A stretch of 61,392 nt of DNA, filler included, from Candidatus Babelota bacterium (lineage in GTDB: Bacteria; JAGOBX01), in assembly GCA_017999075.1 (NCBI GenBank). It is 16 parts of 16 records of this genome, joined end to end, with 100 filler letters (N's around TTAATTAATTAA, not from the genome) between each part and the next. Parts side by side here need not be neighbours in the genome. Positions count along the whole stretch, not along the records: positions 49,004 to 52,031 come from JAGOBX010000508.1; positions 52,132 to 55,156 come from JAGOBX010000509.1; positions 55,257 to 58,274 come from JAGOBX010000511.1; positions 58,375 to 61,392 come from JAGOBX010000510.1; 12 more parts are not named here. One strand, 5' to 3'. This document shows positions 51,494 through 61,392 of the stretch, piece after piece. Position 1 is the stretch's first letter, and each line of letters opens with the position of its first letter. The translations under genes were made by a program, and so were the position numbers. The notes beneath the pieces are model-generated. The model saw only the letters and a list, made by a program, of their open reading frames with translations, was not told where the DNA came from and did not search any database.

Positions 51494-51937
51494 TTAATTA
51501 TATTTTTTTATAAATTGATTTATTCCGATTTCGTCAAGAACGTATGATTCGGCAATTTCGCCGTCTTTTAAAAATTGTTTATATTTTTTTTCTTTTAATT
51601 TTTCCAGAATTTTAACTTTTTGCACTGCTTTAATCAGCTGATTTTTTTTTGATGTGGCTTCTTCGTTTAACTGTATAATTACTTTTTTTTGAATTTCAAT
51701 GTCGGAACATAATTTAATAATATAATTTCTTGCTGCCATTATATCTGTTATGTTAATCCTTCCTGATAAAGATTGAGTTTGAATTTTATATTGTTCTTCT
51801 AATGAAAGATATAGTTTTTTCAGGTTTTCTCTTTCTCTGAAAAGTTCATTTTGAAGAACTGCAAGCTGGTTTTCAAGTTCTTCTTTTTTATATTTTCTTA
51901 ATTTTAAAAGCCGTTCGAATTTGAAAATAAACTTCAT
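51494..51937 (-). CDS. fliJ: Flagellar export protein FliJ
   Basis: MKFIFKFERLLKLRK..; coiled coil; LEKLKEKK..LDE. Confidence 0.8.
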   Translation of the reverse strand: MKFIFKFERLLKLRKYKKEELENQLAVLQNELFRERENLKKLYLSLEEQYKIQTQSLSGRINITDIMAARNYIIKLCSDIEIQKKVIIQLNEEATSKKNQLIKAVQKVKILEKLKEKKYKQFLKDGEIAESYVLDEIGINQFIKKYN

Positions 51938-52132
51938 AATTGAGATAATCTTATAACATTATATTCATTAAGTCAAATTTTATTATATTATTGAACAAAT
52001 AAAAATATTGCATTTTTCCAAGTATTATTTANNNNNNNNNNNNNNNNNNNNNNNNNNNNNNNNNNNNNNNNNNNNTTAATTAATTAANNNNNNNNNNNNN
52101 NNNNNNNNNNNNNNNNNNNNNNNNNNNNNNNT

Positions 52133-52453
52133 TTAGATTTTCCTATTGAAAAAACATTTGAAACTTTTGTGTTAAATCTTGATATGGGATTAAGTTATAC
52201 CGATATTAGCGCTGACAACAAATTAAACATTTTCAAATTTGCCGGAGCTGTAAGCAGAAGTTTTTCATCAAATTTAGGCGGATCAATAGATATGATTTAT
52301 CAGGATTGCAGAACATTTTCAAGTTTGATAGCAGGCATAGGATTAAAATATAATCTTAATTCAAAAAAAAGTGTTAACCTCGCATTAGGAAAAGATTTGC
52401 ATAAATCAGGACTTGATTTACTTGTAAGTTTTGGTTTTTCAAACAGTTTTTAA
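52133..52453 (+). CDS. Outer-membrane beta-barrel C-terminus, 5' partial
   Basis: Alternating amphipathic strands; terminal Phe (FGFSNSF). Confidence 0.6.
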   Translation, partial: LDFPIEKTFETFVLNLDMGLSYTDISADNKLNIFKFAGAVSRSFSSNLGGSIDMIYQDCRTFSSLIAGIGLKYNLNSKKSVNLALGKDLHKSGLDLLVSFGFSNSF

Positions 52454-52480
52454 TAAAAAAATATCAGGAGGGTTCTAAAA

Positions 52481-53245
52481 ATGAAACAAACTATAATTTT
52501 ATTAGCTGCTTTGATTTTAATTGTATCGTCAATACCTGCTGTATCAGATAATCTGAATGTTAAAATCATCGATATCGAAGGAAGCGTTACCGTAATTAAA
52601 GACAATGGCACTCAGCTCCAGGCTCAAATCGGACAAGTTCTAACTATGGGAGACAGAATTATAACAGGCTCAAAATCAATATGCGACATAGAATTTGCCC
52701 ATAAAACTTACTCACGTTTAGGCGAAATGTCTGACATGGTTATATCTCAGGCAAACCTTGAATCCAAAAAAAGATTATTCGGAACTTCAGAAAAAAAACA
52801 AATTAACTTGAATTTATCAAAAGGGAATTTACTTTCAAAAGTAAAAAAACTGGGGGGGTCTGAAAGTTTTTCTGTAAAAACTCCTACTGCTGTAGTCGGT
52901 GTCAGAGGAACTATTTTTAATACATCTACAGGTGCTTCCGGTACAAACGTATCTGTTTTTCAAGGTTCAGTTATAGTAACCAATTTAAATACCAATGTTT
53001 CTTCAGTTGTACCCGCAGGTCAAAGTTTATCTGTATCGTCATCAGCAGGAGCAAGCAGCGAACAATCCGCGCTTCCTCCATCTGAAATCAAAGCAATAAG
53101 CGAAATAACGGGAACTTCAGTAAATGCTCCTGTTGTTGTAACCCCTTCAGTTAATATTGTAGAACAGTTGATAAACAATCCTACAACTCCAATTTTTAAA
53201 GAGACCAATATAAATAATGGTACTGTAATAATTAATTTTAAATAA
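52481..53245 (+). CDS. Secreted FecR-domain protein
   Basis: Signal peptide; GDRIITG..S; LSKG; FSVKTPTAVVGVRGT.F; VSVFQGSV. Confidence 0.9.
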   Translation: MKQTIILLAALILIVSSIPAVSDNLNVKIIDIEGSVTVIKDNGTQLQAQIGQVLTMGDRIITGSKSICDIEFAHKTYSRLGEMSDMVISQANLESKKRLFGTSEKKQINLNLSKGNLLSKVKKLGGSESFSVKTPTAVVGVRGTIFNTSTGASGTNVSVFQGSVIVTNLNTNVSSVVPAGQSLSVSSSAGASSEQSALPPSEIKAISEITGTSVNAPVVVTPSVNIVEQLINNPTTPIFKETNINNGTVIINFK

Positions 53246-53282
53246 TTTTTTAAATTTTTACGTTTACGGGGTGACATAAAAA

Positions 53283-55156
53283 ATGAAAAAACAATATCAT
53301 ATAATTAAAATGACATTTATGTTTCTTTTAATATTGTCAGTAATGATTGTTTTCGTCAACTGCGGAAAATCAAATAAATCATCAGATATAAGTTTAAGTT
53401 TAAAAGCTCCTTCTTATGTTTCGACAGGTTCTTATACTGTTACTGCAGCAGCATACGATAAGAACGGAACTCTCTTAGGAAACCAGGTCTCAGCAACCAT
53501 TACTAATATGGAAGGTTCTTTATCATTAACCGGCATACCTGCTCAATCAGACGTATCAATAGCAGTATCTGTTAAACAGCTTAATTCCGATACAATACTG
53601 ATACGCGGAAGTAAAATCGTTAATATTTCAGAAGGAATCAATACTGTTGATTTGACTCTTGGGCTTCATCAATTGAATCTTTCAGGGAAATATCAGGAAA
53701 TTACAGATATTTCTTCATTCGACAATTTTTCTGTTGTATTATGGCATACATGGTCAGACACTTCTACATATTATGCCGAAAAAACAAAATATGCCTCAAA
53801 ATTCGATGAAATCAAAGGCGTGTTCACAGGGCATTATTCATATGCTACAGACACAAATTATAATGAATATTACAGTATGGAAACCGCAGTTGACAGCGCA
53901 GGGAACATTATAATAGTCAGAAAACCAGGTTCAGAAAATCGTATTGAAATTTATGCAATACCTGCCAATTTTTCTTCAGCAGTATTACTCTGCGATACAA
54001 CTTCAACCGATTTTTCCAATCAAAATTATTATTTATTAACAGATAAAAACCAGAATATAATATTAACTTTTTATTATTCCAGTCTTTTCAAACAATATAA
54101 TTTAGTATATAACTCTTCTTCTCTCTCTGCAAATTCAGCAGTTTTAAGATATTATAACTCATTTGAAAATTCTTATGCTTCAGAAAGCAGTCATTCACTG
54201 AAATACGATTCAAATAACAGGCTGCATCTAACTTATTATTATCCTTCAAGCTCTATGAATTCAAGTTCTCCAGTAGAATACAAATGGGAATATTCAGACA
54301 ATTACGGAAGCAGTTTTTCTCAGCCTAAAACATTTTATTCTTATCCAGGATATTATCCTAGTACAGTTTACGGTTCTGCGTATATACACAATTTTGGTGC
54401 TCTGATTGACGGAGCCTTAATAACTTTAAAACACACATCTTATGATGATACCACCTGTTTATTTTATTCAAGAATTTTAAGCAGCGGCTCTACTCCCGAA
54501 TCACAATTATTTTTCACTAACGTTGCTACTCCTCCGACTCAATTTAATTCATATTATTCCGAACTGAAATCCGGAAACAACGGGAAATACCTGTTTTTCA
54601 ATTTAATGAACAAAACCAATAATATTCCTTATCTCATAATTTTCCAGGATAAAGGCGATACTTGGAGTGTGCCGATCAAGCTATTTGATACTGCTCCGGC
54701 AAATTATTATAATAATATCTGGGATGCTAATAATTATTCTGCTAAATTCGTAATGATTGGCAAACAAACTTGTTCCAGCCAGCAACCTGCTCCAATAAAA
54801 AATTCTATTACTCGTTCGCCAAAATATTCTTATGGATATGGAACTATTCTTGAAAATATTTATATTTCAGAACAGTTCGGCTCAGGATATTTTACTCAGG
54901 CATCTGTTTCAACTCCTTCTTCTTCTTCAAATCTGCCGCCTAATATTTATCTTGATTCTCTCACGGGCGAAACAAAAGGAATTGATCAGACAATAACTTG
55001 TTTGGCAACAGATACAGACGGCACAGTTTCAATGGTTTATTTATATTACAAAAAAAATAGTGATAAAAATTACACTTTTGCCACAATAAATTCAGAAATT
55101 TCTTATCCATCATCTTATCATTACACTATAAGCGGAAGTTTTACTTTCACGGCAGA
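53283..55156 (+). CDS. Large Ser/Tyr-rich lipoprotein with Asp-box (BNR)-like repeats, 3' partial
   Basis: Lipobox-like FVNC; YSDNYGSSFS and QDKGDTWS Asp-box-like motifs; Ig-like ATDTDGTV. Confidence 0.6.
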
Positions 55157-55256
55157 NNNNNNNNNNNNNNNNNNNNNNNNNNNNNNNNNNNNNNNNNNNN
55201 TTAATTAATTAANNNNNNNNNNNNNNNNNNNNNNNNNNNNNNNNNNNNNNNNNNNN

Positions 55257-58200
55257 TTTGCGGTATCATTTCTCTTATTTTACTTAATATTTCCGAAAAT
55301 TTGTTTACCCCGGAAATAATAAGATTTACAACAAAATTTTCAATACTATTTTCTAATTTAACATTATCTATTTTTTCAGCGTTCAATATATCAATTATAG
55401 TATTCTTATCCGTTTCAATCAGTTTTTGTAAATCAATCTTTTTTGAAAAAATATCATCTCCGGTCTTCACGCTTTCCAATAAACCAATCGCCTGCTGAAC
55501 CTCGCCGTTATCAAATAACACAATAGCGTCTTTAACGTCTATTCCCTCGCGTTCTTTGACTAATTGATAAGGTTGTAATGCTTTCCGCTGTTCCGCTGTT
55601 AAATCGGTTCTATAAGCTGTTTCTCTGGCTTCCATTTCACCGAGTAATCTTTTATATTCTTGAAAATATATATTTTCATCACTTTGTATTAATTTACTTC
55701 TTTTTTCATAATATGTTTCTGAATCTATTTCATTATTAAACCATTGTTCTTTTATTTTTTCTAATTTTTCATTTAAAATATTTTCAGGACTTCCACCCAT
55801 TGCAAATCCTTCAATATCCTGTATCGCGTGCTGGATTTCGTGGAGAAGTGTTGTTTTTATATTTTTACCTTCTTTAATGGCATAATTTATATTTATTATT
55901 TTATTTTCTGCGTCATAATTACCTTCAGCTTTTAAATCATCTGTAAAAACAATAGCGATATTTTTTAATTGAGGATATGTTTCAAATAATTTTTGATGGT
56001 CGATGACATTATTTAATTTAAAAGTTCTATTTTTATTTGCAATTCTTTCATATACAAAATTTTCTGCAAATTTTAAATCCTCATCGCTGATTTCATACTT
56101 CCATTTATTATCTTTGTCAAGATACCAGCCGGTAGCAAGGCGTATTTTATCACTGTCTAAATTTTGAGATTGCATTTGTTTAGCAACCTGCAAATTATCT
56201 GCGGCAATCTTTTTTTCTTCTTCCGGTAGATTTTTAAGCGATTCCTCACCCGCGAACATATACCTAATATCTCCGGTTTCGCCGAAAGAACCCACATTCG
56301 AGATTGATTTTATTTGGTTGGGGGAAAAAACAAAAAAAACATTGCTATATATTTCATTTGATTCTGTGTCGTTAATATCGGAAACATTTAACATTATTCC
56401 GCCGTCTTTATTTTCTTTTTTAGATTGGTTTTCATAATCTAATATTGTTTCAAAGTCTGTTGCGTCTATAATAGTATATTGATTTTTGTTTTTTTGTGGG
56501 ATATTGTTCTCGGCTTCTTGATAATTATTATAAAAATTTATTAGTTCATCATTTCCGTCTAATAATGCCCATTGTCCTGCCCTATCCCAACGAGAATAAT
56601 TAAAATTTTTATTTAAAGGGTTTTTTATATTTAAAAATACAGGGATAATATTTTCTCCGTATGTTTTAGCTGCTTTAATGTCTTGAATAAAATAATATCC
56701 TTCGCGTTTTTCTTGTTTTTTAAAAACATTTATTTTATTTATATTTTCATCTGTTCCGTGATAAACTACCAGCGGCTCGCCGTTAGCGTCAACTACTTTG
56801 CTTGCTGTTTCAGGCGAATTTTCCCAATCCCCAAACCAATTTTTAAAGCGTGGCGTTCTAACCATAACCCACAAATGCTCGCTTAAATTTGTAGGATTGC
56901 CATTCGGAGCTTTTAACCATTTATCAGTATTTTCATACTTTGATTTTACAGCGTCAAATTCTTTTTTGAGTTGTATTATATCTTCTTCGGTTGTTCCAAA
57001 TATCGCCGCCGCGTTCATAAACTGTATTACTTCTTCGATTGTAACGGCGTTTTCGTCAAATACCACATAATTATAAGCGCCTGAATCTTTAATGTTTGAT
57101 AAAGTTCCTGCCGAATATTTAATACCGTCTATTCCGGCTCTTAATAAAAATAATGATGCTTCTTTTGGAGAACCTAATTCTTCTATTAATCTATGATATG
57201 CTATTGCTCCAGATCTTCCTGCCCATACTTTAAAATTATAATCTATATCTTCCTCAAATTCTAATTTTTCTTTTATAAATTGTTTTATTATTTTATTTAT
57301 TTGAGATTTTGTTAAAAATTTATTCCATTCAATATAATCGTATTCGGATGGGGATTTGCCTTTGTGGAGTAATATTTTATAAATTTTTCCTTCAGATTTT
57401 AATTTTATTTTTATTTTTGAATGCCAATTTTTACCTTCTTTTCTAAAAACATCAATGAATAATTGTAAGTTTTTTATATCTTCATTATTTCTATTTATTA
57501 ATTTATTAAAATATTCCTTATCTGTTTGTTTTTTATAATTTTCATTGTCTTTTTCTAACGATTTTATTATTTTTTTTATATTATATTCAATATCAAACCA
57601 GCTTTTATTGAAATTAGCATATTCAATATTATCAATTAATCCTTCTTCGTGTAAAAGAATTGTAATTCTTGGAGATAATTCTTTTCCATTTATTATAAAA
57701 ACATCATATTTTTTAGAAAGATTTTTCGCATACCAATCCGCAATATCTTTTTTATCCGTAAAATACAATCCCCAGCCGAAAGCCTGATGGCCTTCGCCAG
57801 TTCCTATTTTTTCAGTAGTAAATTTATCAAACAAATAAGGCGACCCGTGCCAAGCCGAAACCATCATTTTTAGTTGTTCTGACGATAAATTAAACGCCTT
57901 TGATACCGACCTCAAAAATTCCTCCGAATAAGGCGTTTTTTCGGATTTTTGTTCTCTGCCTTCTAACATATCGCTTCTTAAATTATCTCTCGTTTTAGCG
58001 GCTTCCTGTGCGTTAGTAAAGACATTATGAATAGTAACTCCGAAGTGTTTGTCAATTTTAGCGAAATAATCGGCGGCGAGTTCTTCTTTGGTTTCTTCAA
58101 TTGTATATTTTTTTTCTGAAATTTCAGAAATTTGTTTCATGTATTCAATAAAATCAGGATGTTTTTCGTCTATTGAATTTATTATTTGATTTTTATCAGC

Positions 58201-58272
58201 ATAATGCCCTATTTCGTGTTCAATTGTTTGTTCTACACTATATTCAGTTGATTTAACTTGCGATAAAAATAT
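55257..58272 (-). CDS. Large polyvalent protein fragment (2 zincin-like peptidase, 2 ART-like, LPD23-like modules), partial at both ends
   Basis: The whole contig is one open frame: HEIGH..EELAADYF; AWHGSP..FDKF..GEGHQAFGWGLYFT..GIDGIKY..NYVVFD; FKNWFGDW..PLVVYHGT..PVFLNIKNP..FSPNQIKS; TGWYLDKDNKWKYEISD; LLHEIQHAIQDIEGFAMGG..GEMEAR. Confidence 0.85.
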
Positions 58273-58374
58273 ATNNNNNNNNNNNNNNNNNNNNNNNNNN
58301 NNNNNNNNNNNNNNNNNNTTAATTAATTAANNNNNNNNNNNNNNNNNNNNNNNNNNNNNNNNNNNNNNNNNNNN

Positions 58375-59513
58375 ATTTTGTGATGTGCTTCATATTTATC
58401 TCTTAATCCGCTTAAGATTTTTATTGTATCTTCAACGCTGGGTTCGTTTATCATTATTGTTTGAAATCTTCGTTCTATGGCAGTATCACGTTCAACATAT
58501 TTTCTGTAATCGTCTATTGTGGTAGCTCCAACACATTGTAATTCGCCGCGGGATAACGGCTGTTTAAGCATATTTGCCGCATCAAGAGATCCTTCAGCTC
58601 CGCCTGCGCCTATTATTGTATGAAGTTCATCAATAAACAAAATAACTTTTTTTGAAGTTGTAGCTTCTGTTATTATAAGTTTCAATCTCTGTTCGAATTC
58701 ACCCCTGTATTTTGTTCCTGCAACTATTGCGGCCATATCAAGAGATACAAGTTTTTTACCTGCAAGAAATTCGGGGACATTACCTTCGATTATTCTTTGA
58801 GCCAATCCTTCCACCACAGCGGATTTTCCTACTCCTGGTTCCCCGATTAATACGGGATTATTTTTAGTTCTGCGCGATAATATTTGTATAATTCTGTCTA
58901 TTTCTTTATCTCTTCCTATAACAGGATCAAGTTTTCCTTCTTTAGCCATTTGAGTCAGATCCCGTGAAAAAACATCTATAACAGATTTCTTTTTTGATTG
59001 AGGATCTGACTGAGAACCTTGCTGCTGATTTGGAACTGAACTTTTTCCTGATGCGGCTTTTGCCATTCCTCCGAGTATTTCCATAACTTTATTATGAAGC
59101 TGTTCAAGTTCAATTCCCATATCAATTAAAGCTTTAGCTGCAACGCCCTGTCCTTCCTGAAGAAGCGCAAGAAGAAGATGTTCGGTTCCAATATATGGAT
59201 GCCCGAGTTCTCTCGCTGTTTTAAAAGCAAGTTCCATAACGTGTTTGGCGCGCGGTGTATATTTTAAGTCTCCGGAATTATCAGAAGATTCATTCGGGTT
59301 TTCACTGTTTTTTAATAAAGTTTCGACTTCTTCGCGTACATCGTCAAGCGAATACCCTAATTCAGTTAAAGCTTCTACTGCAACTCCGCTTCCGAGTTTC
59401 AGCAGTCCAAGCAGTATATGTTCTGTTCCTATAAAAGTGTGATTAAGACGCCGGGCCTCTTCCTGAGCTAAAATCATAGCTTTTTGCGCCCGTTCTGTAA
59501 ATCTTCCGTACAT
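58375..59513 (-). CDS. clpC: ATP-dependent Clp protease ATP-binding subunit ClpC, 3' partial
   Basis: Double Clp-N repeats (RFTERAQ..IGTEH), [29 protein letters not shown]. Confidence 0.93.
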
Positions 59514-59694
59514 ATTGCCGCCTCCTGCAAAATGTTAATTGTAAAGTTAATCATTAAAATTAATTGTTAGAAAATTATATAACAATTTTTACATTTTAAT
59601 TAAAAATAATAAAAAAACAATTTAATAAATTTTTGTGGATTTTTTTTAAAATTTTAATATAATCGATAAAAAAAATTAGAGGAGGTTTCTTTTT

Positions 59695-60363
59695 ATGAGA
59701 AAAATTTTATTATCATTATGCGTACTTTCATTGCTTTTTCTTGTTGGTTGCGGTGGAGTAATGAAAGTTGGAAACAGCGGAGTAATACCTGCGTCAATAA
59801 TGACAGACGTTAATTATCCTGCTGAATTTTTAGGCGGTAAAGTGTCATATAATATGGAAACGCCTACAAAATATTCTATTATCGGCCCGGTTAATGCTGC
59901 GGGCGAATCTTCAAATATTCTGGGAATCGTTGCTCAGGGTGATAACGGGTATAAAAAACTTATGGATGCTGCTAACCGAGTTGGCGCAGACGCTGTTGTT
60001 AATGTAGTTACTGATTTACATTTTAACAGTTATATATTTGGCGCTTATACCAAAGTTACAACAAATCTTTCAGGTATTGCAGTTAGATTTGACCGTGAAG
60101 GCGGAATCCCGTCTAATGCAGGCTTGTTTTTACCTCAGCAGCCTGTTTACACACCTCCGGTATATCAGCCTTTGCCTCCGCAGCCTGTAAAAATAGGCCC
60201 GGACAAAAACAAATCTTATTTTTTAATGATCAATGGACAAAAATATGGTCCTGTATCTGTTAAACAGATAGATGATCTTAAAAATATGGGATATTGCAAT
60301 GATAATTCGGATATAGTTGATCCTGATACAAATAAGACTTATAAAGTCAGCGAATTAAAATAA
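59695..60363 (+). CDS. Lipoprotein with Pro-rich linker and C-terminal GYF_2 (DUF4339)-like domain
   Basis: Lipobox LVGC; N-terminal SNILG..GDNG..GADAVVNV..D; PQQPVYTPPVYQPLPP; YFLMINGQKYGPVS. Confidence 0.7.
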   Translation: MRKILLSLCVLSLLFLVGCGGVMKVGNSGVIPASIMTDVNYPAEFLGGKVSYNMETPTKYSIIGPVNAAGESSNILGIVAQGDNGYKKLMDAANRVGADAVVNVVTDLHFNSYIFGAYTKVTTNLSGIAVRFDREGGIPSNAGLFLPQQPVYTPPVYQPLPPQPVKIGPDKNKSYFLMINGQKYGPVSVKQIDDLKNMGYCNDNSDIVDPDTNKTYKVSELK

Positions 60364-60448
60364 TTTTAGTTTGTTTTTGAAATCCATTTATAACTGAATT
60401 CCGGTTGCAATTTAATAAAAATTGCAGCCGGATATTCATAAAATCCTG

Positions 60449-61189
60449 ATGAGATATTGTTTTATTTCAGACATACATAGTAATTTGCCGGCTTTAGAGT
60501 CGGTTATACACCACAGTAAAAAATATCAAATCGATAAATATATATGCCTTGGCGACATCGTCGGATATAATTCTAATCCCGGAGAATGTATTGAATTAAT
60601 AAAAACTCTTACTGATGAAGTGTGCGCTGGAAATCATGATTATGCGGTTGCCGGAAAACTCGAAACAGATGAATTTAATAAATTTGCAAAATTTGCGGTT
60701 GATTGGACTAAACAAAATATAACATCCTGTCAAATAGAATATTTAACCAATAATTTGAAAATAATAGTCTCTGCGCCTAAATTTGAAGCTGTTCACGGTG
60801 CACTGTCTAATCCTGTTACTGATTATATGATGAACATCTGGATAGCAGTTACTAATTTTAAATTGATGAAAACAAACCTGTGTTTTATAGGGCATACGCA
60901 TATTCCGATTATATTTTATCAAAATATAGATGGAAAAGAACCAGGATCAATAAAAATCATCCCCTTTGAAAAATATAAAATCGATAATAATAAAAAATAT
61001 ATTATAAATGTTGGAAGTATAGGTCAACCGCGCGATAATGATCCCAGGGCTTCTTATTTAATTTTTGACGATGAAGAAATGTCGTTAACATATAATAGAG
61101 TAGATTATAATATTGAGTTTATTCAGTCGGGCATGAAAAAATTCGGATTTCCTGAATATTTGATAACAAGATTATCATCAGGACAATAA
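60449..61189 (+). CDS. Metallophosphoesterase (YfcE/PrpA-like)
   Basis: SDIHSN, LGDIVGY, GNHD, GHTH, NVGSIGQPRD. Confidence 0.93.
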   Translation: MRYCFISDIHSNLPALESVIHHSKKYQIDKYICLGDIVGYNSNPGECIELIKTLTDEVCAGNHDYAVAGKLETDEFNKFAKFAVDWTKQNITSCQIEYLTNNLKIIVSAPKFEAVHGALSNPVTDYMMNIWIAVTNFKLMKTNLCFIGHTHIPIIFYQNIDGKEPGSIKIIPFEKYKIDNNKKYIINVGSIGQPRDNDPRASYLIFDDEEMSLTYNRVDYNIEFIQSGMKKFGFPEYLITRLSSGQ

Positions 61190-61254
61190 AAATAATATAT
61201 AGTTTTCAATTTAAGGTATATATAATATATACAAAAAAGGAGATTACGAAAAAA

Positions 61255-61392
61255 TTGGAAAATAAAGAATTGATTGAAATTATAAAAAAAATTATTGATG
61301 AAAAAAAAGGGTTTGAAATTGATTGCATAGAAATAGGGACATTGACTTCTATAGCTGATTACTTCATTATAGCTGAAGGAACGTCAGAACGG
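61255..61392 (+). CDS. rsfS: Ribosome silencing factor, 3' partial
   Basis: TTG start after AGGAG; translates MENKELIEIIKKIIDEKKGFEIDCIEIGTLTSIADYFIIAEGTSER. Not in the ORF track. Confidence 0.9.
   Translation, partial: MENKELIEIIKKIIDEKKGFEIDCIEIGTLTSIADYFIIAEGTSER

Overview
This is not a contiguous locus. It is 16 assembly contigs joined by 15 artificial 100-nt linkers (N44-TTAATTAATTAA-N44): fifteen of about 3.0-3.1 kb and one of 14.2 kb (15863-30047). Gene adjacency across linkers is meaningless, and ORF-track ends such as 'XXXLIN' are artefacts. The source looks like an AT-rich diderm bacterium (LPS heptosyltransferase-like gene, secretin, pilins, PilT-family ATPase, FliJ, FtsZ). Most content is housekeeping or envelope genes (hisC, glmU-prs-rplY, ligA, prfA, rpmE, aroK, ftsZ, rimO, mtaB, pgsA, clpC, rsfS, glycosyltransferases) plus tRNA-Pro(GGG) and tRNA-Gln(TTG). 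The highlights are: (1) a decayed group II intron inserted into one of two related, inverted, GC-rich hairpin elements that bracket an orphan ORF (attC/REP-like cassette layout); (2) a >1000-aa fragment of a polyvalent protein with 2 metallopeptidase, 2 ADP-ribosyltransferase-like and 1 LPD23-like modules; (3) a GlmU whose acetyltransferase active site appears erased, on the same contig as a eukaryote-type UDP-sugar pyrophosphorylase; (4) a HEAT-CheX-like-FliG_C-like fusion protein; (5) a GxxExxY nuclease-like gene with 9-bp-periodic inverted repeats just upstream of the secretin gene. All family calls come from motif recognition by eye; no searches were run.
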